Positions 22,030-34,014 of a stretch of 64,000 nucleotides of DNA are shown piece by piece; within the stretch, counting starts at the first letter, position 1, and every line of letters begins with the position of its first letter. The stretch is from Kondoa subrosea (lineage: Eukaryota): assembly GCA_039545335.1 (NCBI GenBank), contig BCIN01000003.1, positions 248,001 to 312,000 on the forward strand, written 5' to 3'. The notes under the pieces were generated by a model. The model saw only the letters and a list, made by a program, of their open reading frames with translations, had not been told where the DNA came from and did no database searches. The position numbers and the translations under genes were made by a program.

Positions 22030-24686
22030 ATGCTTCGCTCAGCAGGACCACTGTCTGCAAGAACAGTCAGACGCCAATTAGCAGCTTCAGCTAAAAAGCA
22101 ACGGAATTTCAGCAACTCGTCTACCCGCAATGCAGAGATCACGCTTGAAGGTACGCTTAGTGCGACGTAATGCTACATTAAGGATTGAAAGGCTGATCCC
22201 ATGTGATTTCATCCACAGTGGATGGCAAATCAGTTAGTATAGGTTAGTTATGCGGGTTCATGCAAGCCGCAACGAGACTGGACGAAGGCTCACGTGCTAT
22301 GGCAGAGCAAGGGAGTTCTCTGATTCAAGCCTGTGAGAAGGCCGGCGCAACAATACCTCGGTGCGGCTATTTTGTATAGCTCTCTTACTGCTATGTCTCA
22401 AATGTTCCACAGGTTCTGCTATCACGATCGACTGGCGATAGCAGGGAACTGTCGTATGTGTCTCGTTGAAGTTAGTCCAGGGCCGGTACGTTGAAAGTCT
22501 TTTCAGCAACCATTCCTTGTTCGCTCATGTTGCATGTCTATTGCCATTCAGCCGAAACCCCAGGCCAGTTGTGCCATGCCTGCAATTTTCGCCGATCTCT
22601 CTACATACACAGAGCTATTCTAATCTGAATTCTCTCACAGGCCCGGGCAAAAAGTCAAGACAGATTCACCCTTGGTCCGCAAAGCAAGGGAAGGAGTCAT
22701 GGAAATGCTCCTAGCTAACCATCCTCTGGACTGTCCCATTTGCGATCAAGGTGGTGCTTGCGATTTGCAAGATCAGTCAATGCGATATGGATCAGATCGA
22801 ACTCGTTTCCATGAAATTACCGGAAAGCGAGCTGTAGAAGATAAAGACTTCGGTCCTCTAGTCAAATCAGTCATGACGAGATGTATTCACTGCACACGTT
22901 GCATTCGATTCGCAAACGATGTAGCAGGTGTAGAAGATTTGGGTTCTTCGGGTAGGGGAAACGATATGCAGATCGGCACTTACATTAACAAGACTCTGGA
23001 TTCCGAAATGTCTGGCAACGTGATCGATCTATGTCCTGTTGGTGCTCTTACTTCCAAACCTTACGCATTCCGAGCAAGACCATGGGAACTCAAAGCAACT
23101 GAATCTATTGATGTTTTGGATGCTGTTGGATCAAATATCAAGATCGATTCTCGTGGAACTCAAGTCATGCGCATTGAACCGAGGGCAAATGATGATATTA
23201 ATGAAGAATGGATCAATGACAAGACTCGATTTGCGTATGATGGGCTGAAGACTCAGCGGCTGACGACACCTATGATTAAGCAAGGGGACCGTTTCGTACC
23301 TGCATCATGGCCTTCAGCATTGGAAGCCATTCATGACGGCCTAGAAAGATCTCAAGCTACAGGCAACGAAATTCAAGCTGTTGCTGGCTCTCTCGCTTGC
23401 ACGGAATCATTAGTCGCGATGAAAGATCTGCTCAACAAACTTGGCTCTGACAACCTCACACTTGATACTCCTCTCGGCAACCAAACTCCAGCTCATGGCG
23501 TCGATGTTCGCTCAAACTACCTCTTCAACGCCACTCTACCGGGAGCTGAAGAAGCTGATCTTGTCCTTCTCGTTGGCACAAACCCAAGACATGAAGCTGC
23601 TATTCTCAATGCTCGATTCCGAAAAACTTACCTTCACAACGGAACCGACTTTGCTCTGATAGGAGAATCATTCAAGAGCGTCTTCAAGTTCGATCACCTC
23701 GGAACAGATTTAGCTGCTGTCAAACAATTCGTTCAAGGCAAAGGAGACTTTGCTCAACGGTTCGCGAAAGCAAAGAAACCTTTGATTGTGATTGGAAGTG
23801 CTGTTAGAGAACATGCCGAGGGTGCTGCTGTGTATGAAGCGTTGAGCAAATATGTACAAGGCAATAAGAAGGCGTTCTTGACTCCAGAATGGAATGGTTT
23901 CAATGTTTTGCAAAGAGTGAGTTTTGTGTCAGTCGTTCGCTTTAGCGGTCAGCTGATAGATAGCTCACAGTCTGCTTCACACACTGCTGCATACGACATT
24001 GGCTTCGTTGCGTCAAAGGCAGCTACTCAAACCAAACCTAAATTCGTCTACCTTCTTGGAGCAGACGACTTCGACCCATCTTCAATTCCAAAAGACGCTT
24101 TCGTGGTCTATCAAGGCCATCACGGTGACCTAGGAGCACAATATGCGGATGTCTGTTTACCTGGAGCAGCTTACACCGAGAAGGCAACAAGTTGGGTCAA
24201 TACTGAAGGGCGAACTCAGCTTGGTCGTGCAGCTGTACCACCTCCCGGCGCTGCAAGAGAAGATTGGAAAATCATTCGAGCTGTCAGCGAAATCCTCGGA
24301 GCACCTCTACCCTACGATGAACTGTCAGCATTGAGAGAAAGGATGTGGGACATTACGCCAACTTTATTGAGATACGATACAGTCGAGACGCCAGGTGATT
24401 CAACAGTGCAGATTGGGTTGCAGGAATTGGTCAAGTCGGCTGCAAGGGCGGCAAAGGAGAAAATCACCGGTGGACGAACTGGAGCATTCAAAAGACCTAT
24501 CGAGGACTTCTACAGGACAGATAGCATTTCAAGAGCTTCAGTGACAATGGCTCAATGCTCAAAGGTCAGCAAAGCGTGTATTTTGGTGTTTTACTCTTTC
24601 TGAGTTTCGCTGCACAGGCCTTCACTCATGATGCCTGGACTTCTGCGGATGCAGATGAGCATCTGCCAATCGCTTCATTCGGTTAA
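22030..24686 (+). CDS. NDUFS1: NADH:ubiquinone oxidoreductase 75-kDa subunit (NDUFS1/NUAM)
   Basis: Mitochondrial presequence; [62 protein letters not shown]. Confidence 0.97.
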
Positions 24687-24954
24687 AGATTTAGCGTATT
24701 TGGATAAGTAGTTTGGGTTGTCTCTGTCATTTAGTCTGCACTCATCGAATGCTATGTCACTTGTAAACTATCCTAGCGACTCTGCGAATATATGATCACC
24801 CCATCTTCGCCAAGCTCTTCATCCACCTGGTGTCATGCACATGATTTCGCAAAATGTCTTGCGGTAATCTTTAAGTATTTACAAACAAGACACGCCCCAA
24901 CTCCTCAGCAAGATTTTCTCTTCTTTTCCTCCATTTGGACCCTCCTTCGGAATA

Positions 24955-26198
24955 ATGGATTACTTCTCTCGACTCAGGCAGATTGCACCTGTCGAATTGA
25001 TTCCCTCATATGCTCCACATGACATTATTCCGTCCTGGCTTCGCTCGAATTATGAAGCGTCATTACACTTAGCTACACCATTGGTTTTTGGCTCTATATA
25101 TCTGCTTGTGGTTGGATACTTCAACAGAAGGCGACCGAGCAAGAAGAATTACCTGAAAGGACCATTGGGAACTTTCTTCATGCTCGCCCACAACGTAGCA
25201 CTTTGCGTATATAGTGCATGGACGTTCATCAATGTTGCTCCTGCAGTGTACAGCGTATTTGTGGAGGGCTATCGGTTGTAAGTCAAGATTTGCAAATTGC
25301 TTACAAATCTGATCTTGGGGTAACAGAGGTGGAACGAAGGGATTGAGGCATGCGTACTGCGACAGCGATTTCAGGCTCTTTAACGATACAATTCTTCCTT
25401 ATGGCTACCTGTTTTATCTGTCGAAATACTATGAAGTTGTCGATACTGCTATCATCTTGGCGAAGGGAGGCAAAGTAAAGTGTGAGTGCTGTGAAAATCA
25501 AGGACGTCTTGAGTTTAACTGATGGCTCGGATAGTGCTGCAAAGCTATCATCACTTCGGAGCTATGTTGGCAATGTTTGCTGGTATCCGCTACAAGAGCA
25601 CTCCCATTCTCTTCTTCTGCGTCTTCAACAGCTTCATTCAGTGAGTTGTCTGTGCTGTGTTGAGTACAGTCGCTGACGTTTCGATAGTACTATCATGTAC
25701 TGCTAGTGCGCTACATGCTCTGCTTTGGTGATGTAATGCCTGACAATTTTTCACAGCTACGCCTTTGCAGTGGTCAAGCTACCGTTCCCTGGGATCCTGA
25801 AGCGCTCTTTAACAGCACTCCAGGTAAGCTCTACACGACATTCTCTCTTGCTTGTGTTGACGCCGCCTGCAGATCACTCAATTCCTGCTCGGAGGCTTCC
25901 TCGCATCAACATATCTTTTCGTTAGCTTGCCGGAACTCACAGTGCCAAACATGGCGCGTCAAGCAGGCAAATGTCTCACAGACGAAGGAGCTCAATTTGC
26001 GTGAGTCGCTGTGATTTCGTGATTTCGGAACAGATGCTCAACCCCTCGCAGAGTACTCCTGAACATTGTCTACTTGGTATGATCCTTGCATCACCTCTAT
26101 CTTACTCTTACTCATGATTGATGTAGATGCCCCTGACGGCACTGTTCTTGAATTTTTACCGCAAGAGTTATAGAAGTCAAAAGGCGAAGCATGCATAG
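24955..26198 (+). CDS. GNS1/SUR4 (ELO) fatty-acid elongase
   Basis: FMLAHNVALCVYSAWTF, YLFYLSKYYEVVDTAIIL, LQSYHHFG, VFNSFIH, TIMY, LTALQITQF. Confidence 0.9.
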
Positions 26199-26722
26199 AG
26201 AGTGTATACGGCCTGTAATTAGACTATCGAGAATGTAATGTAACGTAAGAGCGCAAGTCGGGCGGTCCGATCAGGCAGAGAACATGCTTGCAAAGAAACC
26301 GTTTAATTAGGCCTCTTTTCTTACCGCAATGGTTACAAAGCGGTACGCACTTAAGGCGTTCTTGTCGCACAAACAAAAGTAGTCTTTCTGCGTCGAGCTT
26401 GCCCTATCTGGAATCACTGGCTTGGGAAGCAGCAGTGATTATCCATCATCACATCAATGAACGTTAGCGGATCAACATCCCAAGCCTCGCTCTCTCAATT
26501 GAATCCCATTACGTCGGAGCAATCCCTCGTGGCCCTCTGTCCTTCCTGCCGATTACCTGAGTACCGGCGGACTTGTTTAGTCAAACGTTTCTTCATTTTG
26601 ATCTTCTTGCCTTTGAGCGGTCCGCTGCTGAGTGGACCCTGACTTTCTGCATCGTATTATTCTCTACCGAGCTTTCCTCCTGACTCATTTCCCCTCCGTC
26701 TCTTGGTGTACCTCTGATTGGC

Positions 26723-29522
26723 ATGTCTGCTATCACTGAAGTGGAAGTCTTGCCTGCTTTTGCTCAAAGCCAAGAGCTACATGACGCTGCTATTCCTAGT
26801 CATGAGTCAGCTTTATCGTCAAGCATGTCAAGCGCAAAACGGTCGCTAGAGAAACAGGATATCGAACAGCCAACACTGGAGGCTGATGTTACAGAATTGT
26901 AGGTCCCTACTGTACTTGCCTTTCGGAGACTGATTGTATTCCTTCACGATCATAGGACGGATCAAACCAACTACCTAAGACCGCTCCAAATCTATCTGGT
27001 CTTCGGCGCTCTAGCTCGTCAGTGTCATATGAATTTCGTGACTTTCGCTAACAAGCCAATAGTATCGGTCGCGCTGGCTGTTTTGGACAGTACTATTGTT
27101 GCAACAGCGCTGTCTTCCATGTCACGAGCTCTGGACGGAGGCTCGCAAGCGTCTTATGTCATCATCCTTCTCTTGTGCAATTTCTTTCCCCCACTGATTC
27201 TGTTGCACAGATTGGAACGGCTTATCTTCTAGCTCAGGCCAGTTTCTGCCCAGTCTGGTCTAGACTGTCCGACATTCTCGGTCGTCGAGGCTTGATGCTC
27301 TTCTGCTTGGTTCACTTCATGATCTCTTCCCTTGCTTGTGCCGTTGCGCAAACTATGACTCAGCTTGTGCGCACTTTTACTTTCCGTGTGCCATTCATCT
27401 CATGCCGCCTAAAGATTGTTTTCCGAGCAATGCAAGGCCTGTCCGGTGGTTCCTTCTTGGTTCTTGCGCAAGCTATCGTTGTAGAGTAACTTGCAGAATT
27501 CTATTCAGGCTGTACCTTGCTAAAGTTCCCTCCATTACAGCGTGGTCAGTATGCGCGAAAGAGGTAAGCCTTCCTTGAGCAAGGCAATCATTTTGCTGAA
27601 TAGCAGATAATACAGGCAAATATCAAGGTAGACTGAATCTGTAAAGCTCTGAGCTCGCTTAGTTGATGCTACATTTTCCTAGTTGTCTTCGTGAGGCTCA
27701 TTTCAACTGCTCTAAATCGTGCTGAGTAGTGTTGCAGGAAGCCACAGTGGCGATAGCAAATGGGCTCGGGCCAGTCCTAGGCGTATATCCTACCCTACTA
27801 GCGGAGCTCTTCTAAAGAAGCATCTTTGCAGGGCATCTTCGCGAAAGTCAACTGGAGACTAGCCTTCTTCATCAATTTGCCCCTGGGAGCGATTGCACTG
27901 GTCTTCTGCTGGCTCTTAGTACCAAGAAATGCCATCAAGAGCGATCGGAAAAGGTATGCATCGGCTATTGCTTGCGAGGGCGGACTGACTTTCATTCAGG
28001 CAAATCAAGCAGATTGACTTTACCGGGGCAGGCTTGATCATCATTGCTACAGCTCTTGTTGTCATCGCGCTTAATTGGGCTGGTGTACTTTACGCGTGGA
28101 AGAGTCCTGAAGTTTTGTCTTGTCTTCTGGTCGGCCTTGCAGTCTTTGCGATCTTCGCGTGCTGGGAAGGCTGCAGGCTATGCACTCTACCTATTGTGCC
28201 TCTTCATCTCTTCAAGACGCCAACGTACATTAGACCATGTACTCATGTCTGTTTCCTCCACGCTGAATCCGTTATTTAGTGTCGTTGGCGTCATTATCAA
28301 TACTCTAGTTGGTGGCATCTATCTGTATTCTATTGTATGCTTTTCAGAGTATCTAGCGCTACGTCTCTAGCCTAACTTCTGATTCTTGTTAGCTGTTTTA
28401 CGTTGTGAGTTAATAGCGTTCCCTCTTTATGCGAGCTGAAGCTCAGAATATGTAGCCTCAATTCTTACAAATTGCCAGAAATTATTCAACAATCAAGAGC
28501 GGTGTGCTTCTGCTGCCCTTCCTTGTGCCGTAAGCCTGGAGTTGGCCTTGTACGAATTGAACTAATACTCACTGTTGACAGGATCAGTACGTCTTCGCCG
28601 AAGTATCACTGTACAATATTCACTGAGAATCGCTTGTCTAGCTATTGTCGTTCTCGGATGCGCTCTGGTCAGATTGACCGTGCAAGAGAATGACATTAAA
28701 CTGAATGTGTGAGCAGATTACGGCAAGATGGGGAAACTATTACTACTCGATTGTAATTGGTTGCGGGCTTCAATCGATCGCTGTTGGATTACTCGCAACA
28801 TGGTGAGTTTAAGTACTGTCCTGCTTTGATATAGTCTAAAGCTATTGTGGACAGGACAACTGAAGTCTCCGATGGCAAGATAATTGGTACTCTGCTCTTT
28901 GCAGGCATTGCCACTGGTCCGACGCTCCAAACATCTTTGCTCGCGGTACAAGCTGCTGTTAAGAAGCAAGATCGGGTTGGTTCTGCTAGAAAGGTCTACT
29001 GTTCTGGCTGATTTCTTATGCAGGCGGTAGTGAGCGGTGTAAGACTTTTCTTTAAGCAGATGGGAGGTGTCTTGGTCAGCACCTTTCGCCCTCTCATCAT
29101 CGTTTACTGATAATTCTGCAGGGCGTTGCAATCGGGTCCGCTGAATCTGAAAGAGCCAGCTGGTAGCTTAAACACTTTGACTCTAGGTCCGCCGTTGTCA
29201 ACAACTCAATCAGCGCACCTGGTCTTTCAGAAATAGCTCGCAAGCAGATCATCGATGATCCAAGAACTTTGCACGAGCTCGATGCTGACTTGGTCAGAGC
29301 CGTGCTACAAGCATATGAAGAGGGTTTCAGGTACAGACAAAGCCATATGGTTGCAGACGCAGTTGACTTTCGAAGCACAGGCGACTCTTCATCATCATGG
29401 CTATCCTTTGTGCAATCGCTTTCTTTGCCTCAGCAACTCTCATACATCAATATAAGCTATCAAAGGACGAAGGGAAGGAGCTCACTCCTGCTTCAACTCA
29501 ACCAGTAGACGAGAAGGTATAA
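26723..29522 (+). CDS. MFS transporter, DHA2 (14-TM) family, highly fragmented by introns
   Basis: LDSTIVATAL, AYLLAQASFCPVWSRLSDILGRR, FRAMQGLSGG, WRLAFFINLPLG, IDFTGAGL, PIVPLHLFK, GIATG...LAVQA. Confidence 0.88.
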
Positions 29523-29820
29523 AGGACATCAGGCACTTTACGAAGAGTCACGAAACCAGACGATATGATCTATAAGATACATGCAATAATACATTTTTCT
29601 CCCTCCTACTTGTGTGCATGGACTGATAAAAAGAGAAAAAAGACCCATAGAGAAAGAGAATTGTTACAAGTTACTTTACAGGCCCGGTACCTATCACTTC
29701 TCTGCTGTTCCCCTTTTGCTTGCAAAAACGACCGATACCAAAGAAGACAAACGACTGTTGAGTGGAAAAATGATGTACAATTGATCTACTTTTGGATTGA
29801 AGACCGATGAGCAGAAGCGC

Positions 29821-32433
29821 TTATGATTCTTCGGATAGACTGATATGGCGGTTTCCAGGTGAAGAACCTTGACGAGTCATTGCTGCCATTTTGTCTATTT
29901 CCACATACATCAGCTATGTGAAAAGTTGGGAGTATTTCTGGACTTACAGACGCTGCCCATATTGCTTTGACTCCTAGCTTTTCTAGCAACACCTGGAGGT
30001 CTAGACAATCTACCCGAAGAAGGACTCCTTTGCACGTCCTCATCATGCAACACTTCCTGTTTGTTTTGTTTATTTGCTTCAACAGCTAATAGAGGAGGAT
30101 AAGCGAAAGAAGGCACGTTTCCAGCAGTTTGGGGTTGAGGTTGATGAATATAAGGTTGTTCAGCGATCGTGTCCAACATAGCACTCGAAGCTCTTCTGGA
30201 CAAATTTTCATGAGCGATCAAAGCGCTTGGTCCACCAACTCCAGCAGGATATCCGCGGTGAGAATAAGGATTTGGGAAAGGTGCTGTAATTGTTGCTGAA
30301 GCAGAAGCAGAAGTAACGAAATCGCTATGGAAAGGTTCTTCTCCTGCAATACCATAAGCTTGTCCAGAAGCAGCAACAGAATGTCTTCTCGGGCCAGGAC
30401 CAGAGAATCCGGCTGAAACGGGCTCAAATTGATGTTGCTGCGGAACGGTAGGAGTGCTTCCGCCAGAAAGGTTGTAATTCGGGTAAGAACCTTGATTCCA
30501 TTGACCTATAGCTGGAGCACTTTGTGGCATTCCCATTTGACCAAAAGAATTGATGAATTCAGCAGGACAAGAAGCTCTTCTAGCATCGGCATCGAATCCA
30601 TCTGGGTATTTGACAGCAGGAGATTCGGAAGCTAAAGAAGTGTTGGAAGTGTTGTAGCTGTAAGCTGAAATACCAGAAGTAGGAGTTGAAGCGCCATGAG
30701 ATTGCAAGGCTGGATCATCAAAGTTGAAAGAAGCGTATGATTCAGTGCTTGAAAGAGGACCAATACCACCACTATCTTCTCGAACGTGAGCCATGAAATT
30801 TGCAAAATCACCTGTTGGAGGTTGTTGAGGGGGAAGAATGGCATTGACTAAATCAGGTTGTTGGATTTCGTAAGCTGGTTCAACAGGACCTGGTTGTTGC
30901 GAGTGATAAACTCGATCAGGTTGGCCCGGTGATGCGTAAGGAGATTCGACAGCTGAAATAGGTGACCGTCGAATCTGAGCTGTATTCTGCGGAGAGATAC
31001 TAGACGACCCGTAAGGGATTCTGAGCCTTGCAAGATGATCTGGACCGCCGATAGGACCTTGCGGGTGCTGAAGTTGATATTGCTGCTGCGGTGGGATGGA
31101 TGTAGGTGAATAACTTTCGGTAGGGCCAAATGGAGTTGTTTGAGGTGGCAAAGTTGAATATGCATACGGTTTGGACCAGCCAGATCGTTGCTGATGCTGC
31201 AATTGATATTGAGAGGGGTATTGAGGCTGCTGAGTAGGCAAAGACATTCTTCGATCGTAGCTCGGTCGAACCTGGTAAGGGATTGGAGAGATTTGCTGAC
31301 TTGGGAAAGCAGGGCTTGGATGAGTGATTTGGTGATTTGGAGCACTGATAGGTGGAGCAGGGTAAGGGTTGGAAATCAGACCTGGATTTGTCGGAATTCG
31401 AATTCGCCAATTTGGTGAAGATTTCTTGTCGCTACCGACCGAGCTGATAGAACTACCAGAAACCTCTCTTTGCCTTCCAGTATCAAGGCGATCTTCTTCC
31501 GACACCGTTAAATCGTTATAATCAGCTCCATCAGCTTGATCATTGTTTTCCCGATCTTCAGCTTGCGCACCACCTTTTTTCTCGATTCGCTTGACTTTAG
31601 CTCGACGATTTTGGAACTGTAAGTTTCGAGATGCCTTAGATGCCAAACATCATGCAAGCACGGCTTAAGCTCACCCAAACTTGAACTTCTCGCGGAGTCA
31701 TGGCCAATTGTTCTGCTAAAGACTTGCGCGCAGCTATACCCGGTTTCGTTGAGGTTTGAAAATGAGCTTCAAGAATCTTGAGTTGAGGTGCTGTAGTTCG
31801 TCTGCGATGTTTAACTCTGTAAGGGATAATCAATCAGTACAACCGACTTCGTTAAAAACTGAATGCAAATCCTTACGTTGTTTGAAAAGGATCATAAAAG
31901 TTCTGCTGAGATAAATCACTAGTAGAAGGTTGGACTCCGCCATTGTGATCTGCAGGTGAAGCACTATTGCTACCAGGGAAACTATAACCACCATTTTGAT
32001 TCTGATGATTGTGTTGCATATCGTATGGATCCACAGGTAGTTCAGTAGAAGGGGAGACACCTTCGCTGTATGTGTTTTGGTAGTGATGAGGCGCTTGAAT
32101 AGGATAAATGACAGGTTCGTTGGTTTGAGGATAAGTATGATTGTTGTTCATCGAACCGCTTGAGCTTGAAATATTGGAATAAAGGGAATCATAACTTTCT
32201 GTACGTTGTGGAGATACACCAGCGGCTATATCACAGAGAAAAAGAGGTTCGTAAGGTCAAAGCTTTCCTTACAGCCGACAAGGGCGGAGTGTGAGCGACT
32301 TACTGAGACCAGTGAGATTAGCTGGAGCAGTCATTCGACGTTTGCTTAAGAGTGCAGAAGAGATAGGCATGCCATTCATTTGATGTCCGCCAAAGTCATG
32401 AACAGGTAATTCCAGCTGCTCCATGTCCATCAT
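29821..32433 (-). CDS. Homeodomain transcription factor with long low-complexity C-terminus (Hom2-like)
   Basis: PYRVKHRRRTTAPQLKILEAHFQTSTKPGIAARKSLAEQLAMTPREVQVW/FQNRRAKVKR. The N-terminal exons begin MMDMEQLELP. Confidence 0.88.
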
Positions 32434-33064
32434 CCTTGCGCTTAGCGTTCTGATAGAGCCAGGCCGAGCCGTCGTTGTACAGAAGAGGCCTGAAAGCGGA
32501 AACTAAAGGCCGCACGCAGAGAAGCTTAGGTGCCCTGGTCAGGTGCAGGATTCTTGTGAACTTGAGTAGGTGGATAATGTTAGCAGGACGGCATCAAGCG
32601 CATGAAAGTCTTGATCTATGTGTGTCGAACGAGTTCAAGAGAGAGTGAGGAGAGATAGAGCCAAATCTGGTCGGCTTCACAAGGCAGGCGTGCTTCACTG
32701 GAGTTTCGATTCTATTCTATTCTTTGTCAGGTCCAGCTTTCCAACGTCGTAATCTCCTTTTCTACTGCGGACTGTAACAGCACCAATGTGTCTTGCTTTG
32801 CTGTATAACGACTCGGGTTTCTACCGTCACTAAGCAAACTCGAAATGTCGTAGTGCAGAAATTAAGGTTTATGGAACCGTGCTGTTAATTGCGCCGAACC
32901 AATAAGTGTCAAGGGTCAATACGCGGGTATAGAGGTTGTGCGTTTCGAAGGAGACTGGAGTCAGCTTGTTGCGCAAAAATGGTCAGGCACGAGAGTCGGG
33001 TTTCGAGGGTCCGGATCTTTTTTGTTCACAAATCCAGTCTCAAGAAAACAAGCAGAGGCCTGAT

Positions 33065-33086
33065 GCAACGCGTGTGCGCAACGCGT
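33065..33086. promoter_or_regulatory. Tandem GCAACGCGT, i.e. two MCB-like ACGCGT boxes
   Basis: ACGCGT at 33068-33073 and 33081-33086, in the intergenic region between the homeobox gene and MES1. Confidence 0.35.
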
Positions 33087-34014
33087 ACTCTTACTCATCT
33101 TGCTGGCTCCGACTCTTCAAAAATCAATACGCTTACGTCCATTGATCGTTTAAGTAAGTATGTCTCTAAGCAGCGCGCCAAACCAAATGTTGTTTCCTTA
33201 GTGTCTCAAAGCTTGATCTAGAACTTAAATTGACCTTGCAGAGCAGCAGTCATTTACAAGAACACCGCAGGAGAAAGTGAGAGAGCTTGTGTTGAGCTGC
33301 AGGTCCGAAAAATGTTGATTTTTCAAGACTGTAATCATAACACTTTCGGCAAAAGAGAAGGATGACAGTGCATGGATGATGCATCATCAATATTGAAACA
33401 AAGACAAAGAATCCAATTCCCTTCAATACCCTTACTGGCAATCTGAGGTAGATAGTCAGACCTTGCCGCTAACACCTGGGCGCATTTGAAGAAATGGAGG
33501 GGTGTGGCTTTTGAGAGAGTTGAGCTAGATAGTTTGCATGATGACATCGCAGGATCATGTATGACTTCGATTATCAGACGTGCGCTCGAGAGTTCGTAGA
33601 CCGCTGTCTTTGCGAGGTTCTTGTTAACGACGCTTAGAGCATCAGGCGAAGTAAGTATGAGCAATCTCCATTCGCCAGATATGCGCAGAAGGAGTACAAA
33701 TCAAGAAACGATGAAAGCAACACAGCGTCAGGCGCCGAAGCAGAGAACCGAAGACATAGAAAGAAGCACATAGTGGCATTGATTATGAGAACATCTGACG
33801 ATCAGAGTAGGCTCGAAGGTGGTCAGTAGACTCGAAGGTCAACTACAGAACCAGTTTGCTTGCGAAGCGATTGCATTTCCCAGCGTATCACTTGCAGTTA
33901 TTCTGGCCGCATATAGAGCAATGTACGATATCATCCCAGCTCTCTGGTATCAGATTCTTCGTGGTTGGAAGACAACCTCGGTAGCGAGTCATTTCTCGAG
34001 GTTGTCCAGCAAGC

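Noticed and set aside
29821..32433. Homeodomain gene as a mating-type HD1/HD2 locus
   Set aside because: No divergently transcribed partner homeodomain gene and no pheromone or receptor genes nearby.
33250..33664. Minus-strand ORFs of 63 and 109 aa in the long intergenic gap
   Set aside because: No motifs, non-ATG starts, and no supporting splice pattern.
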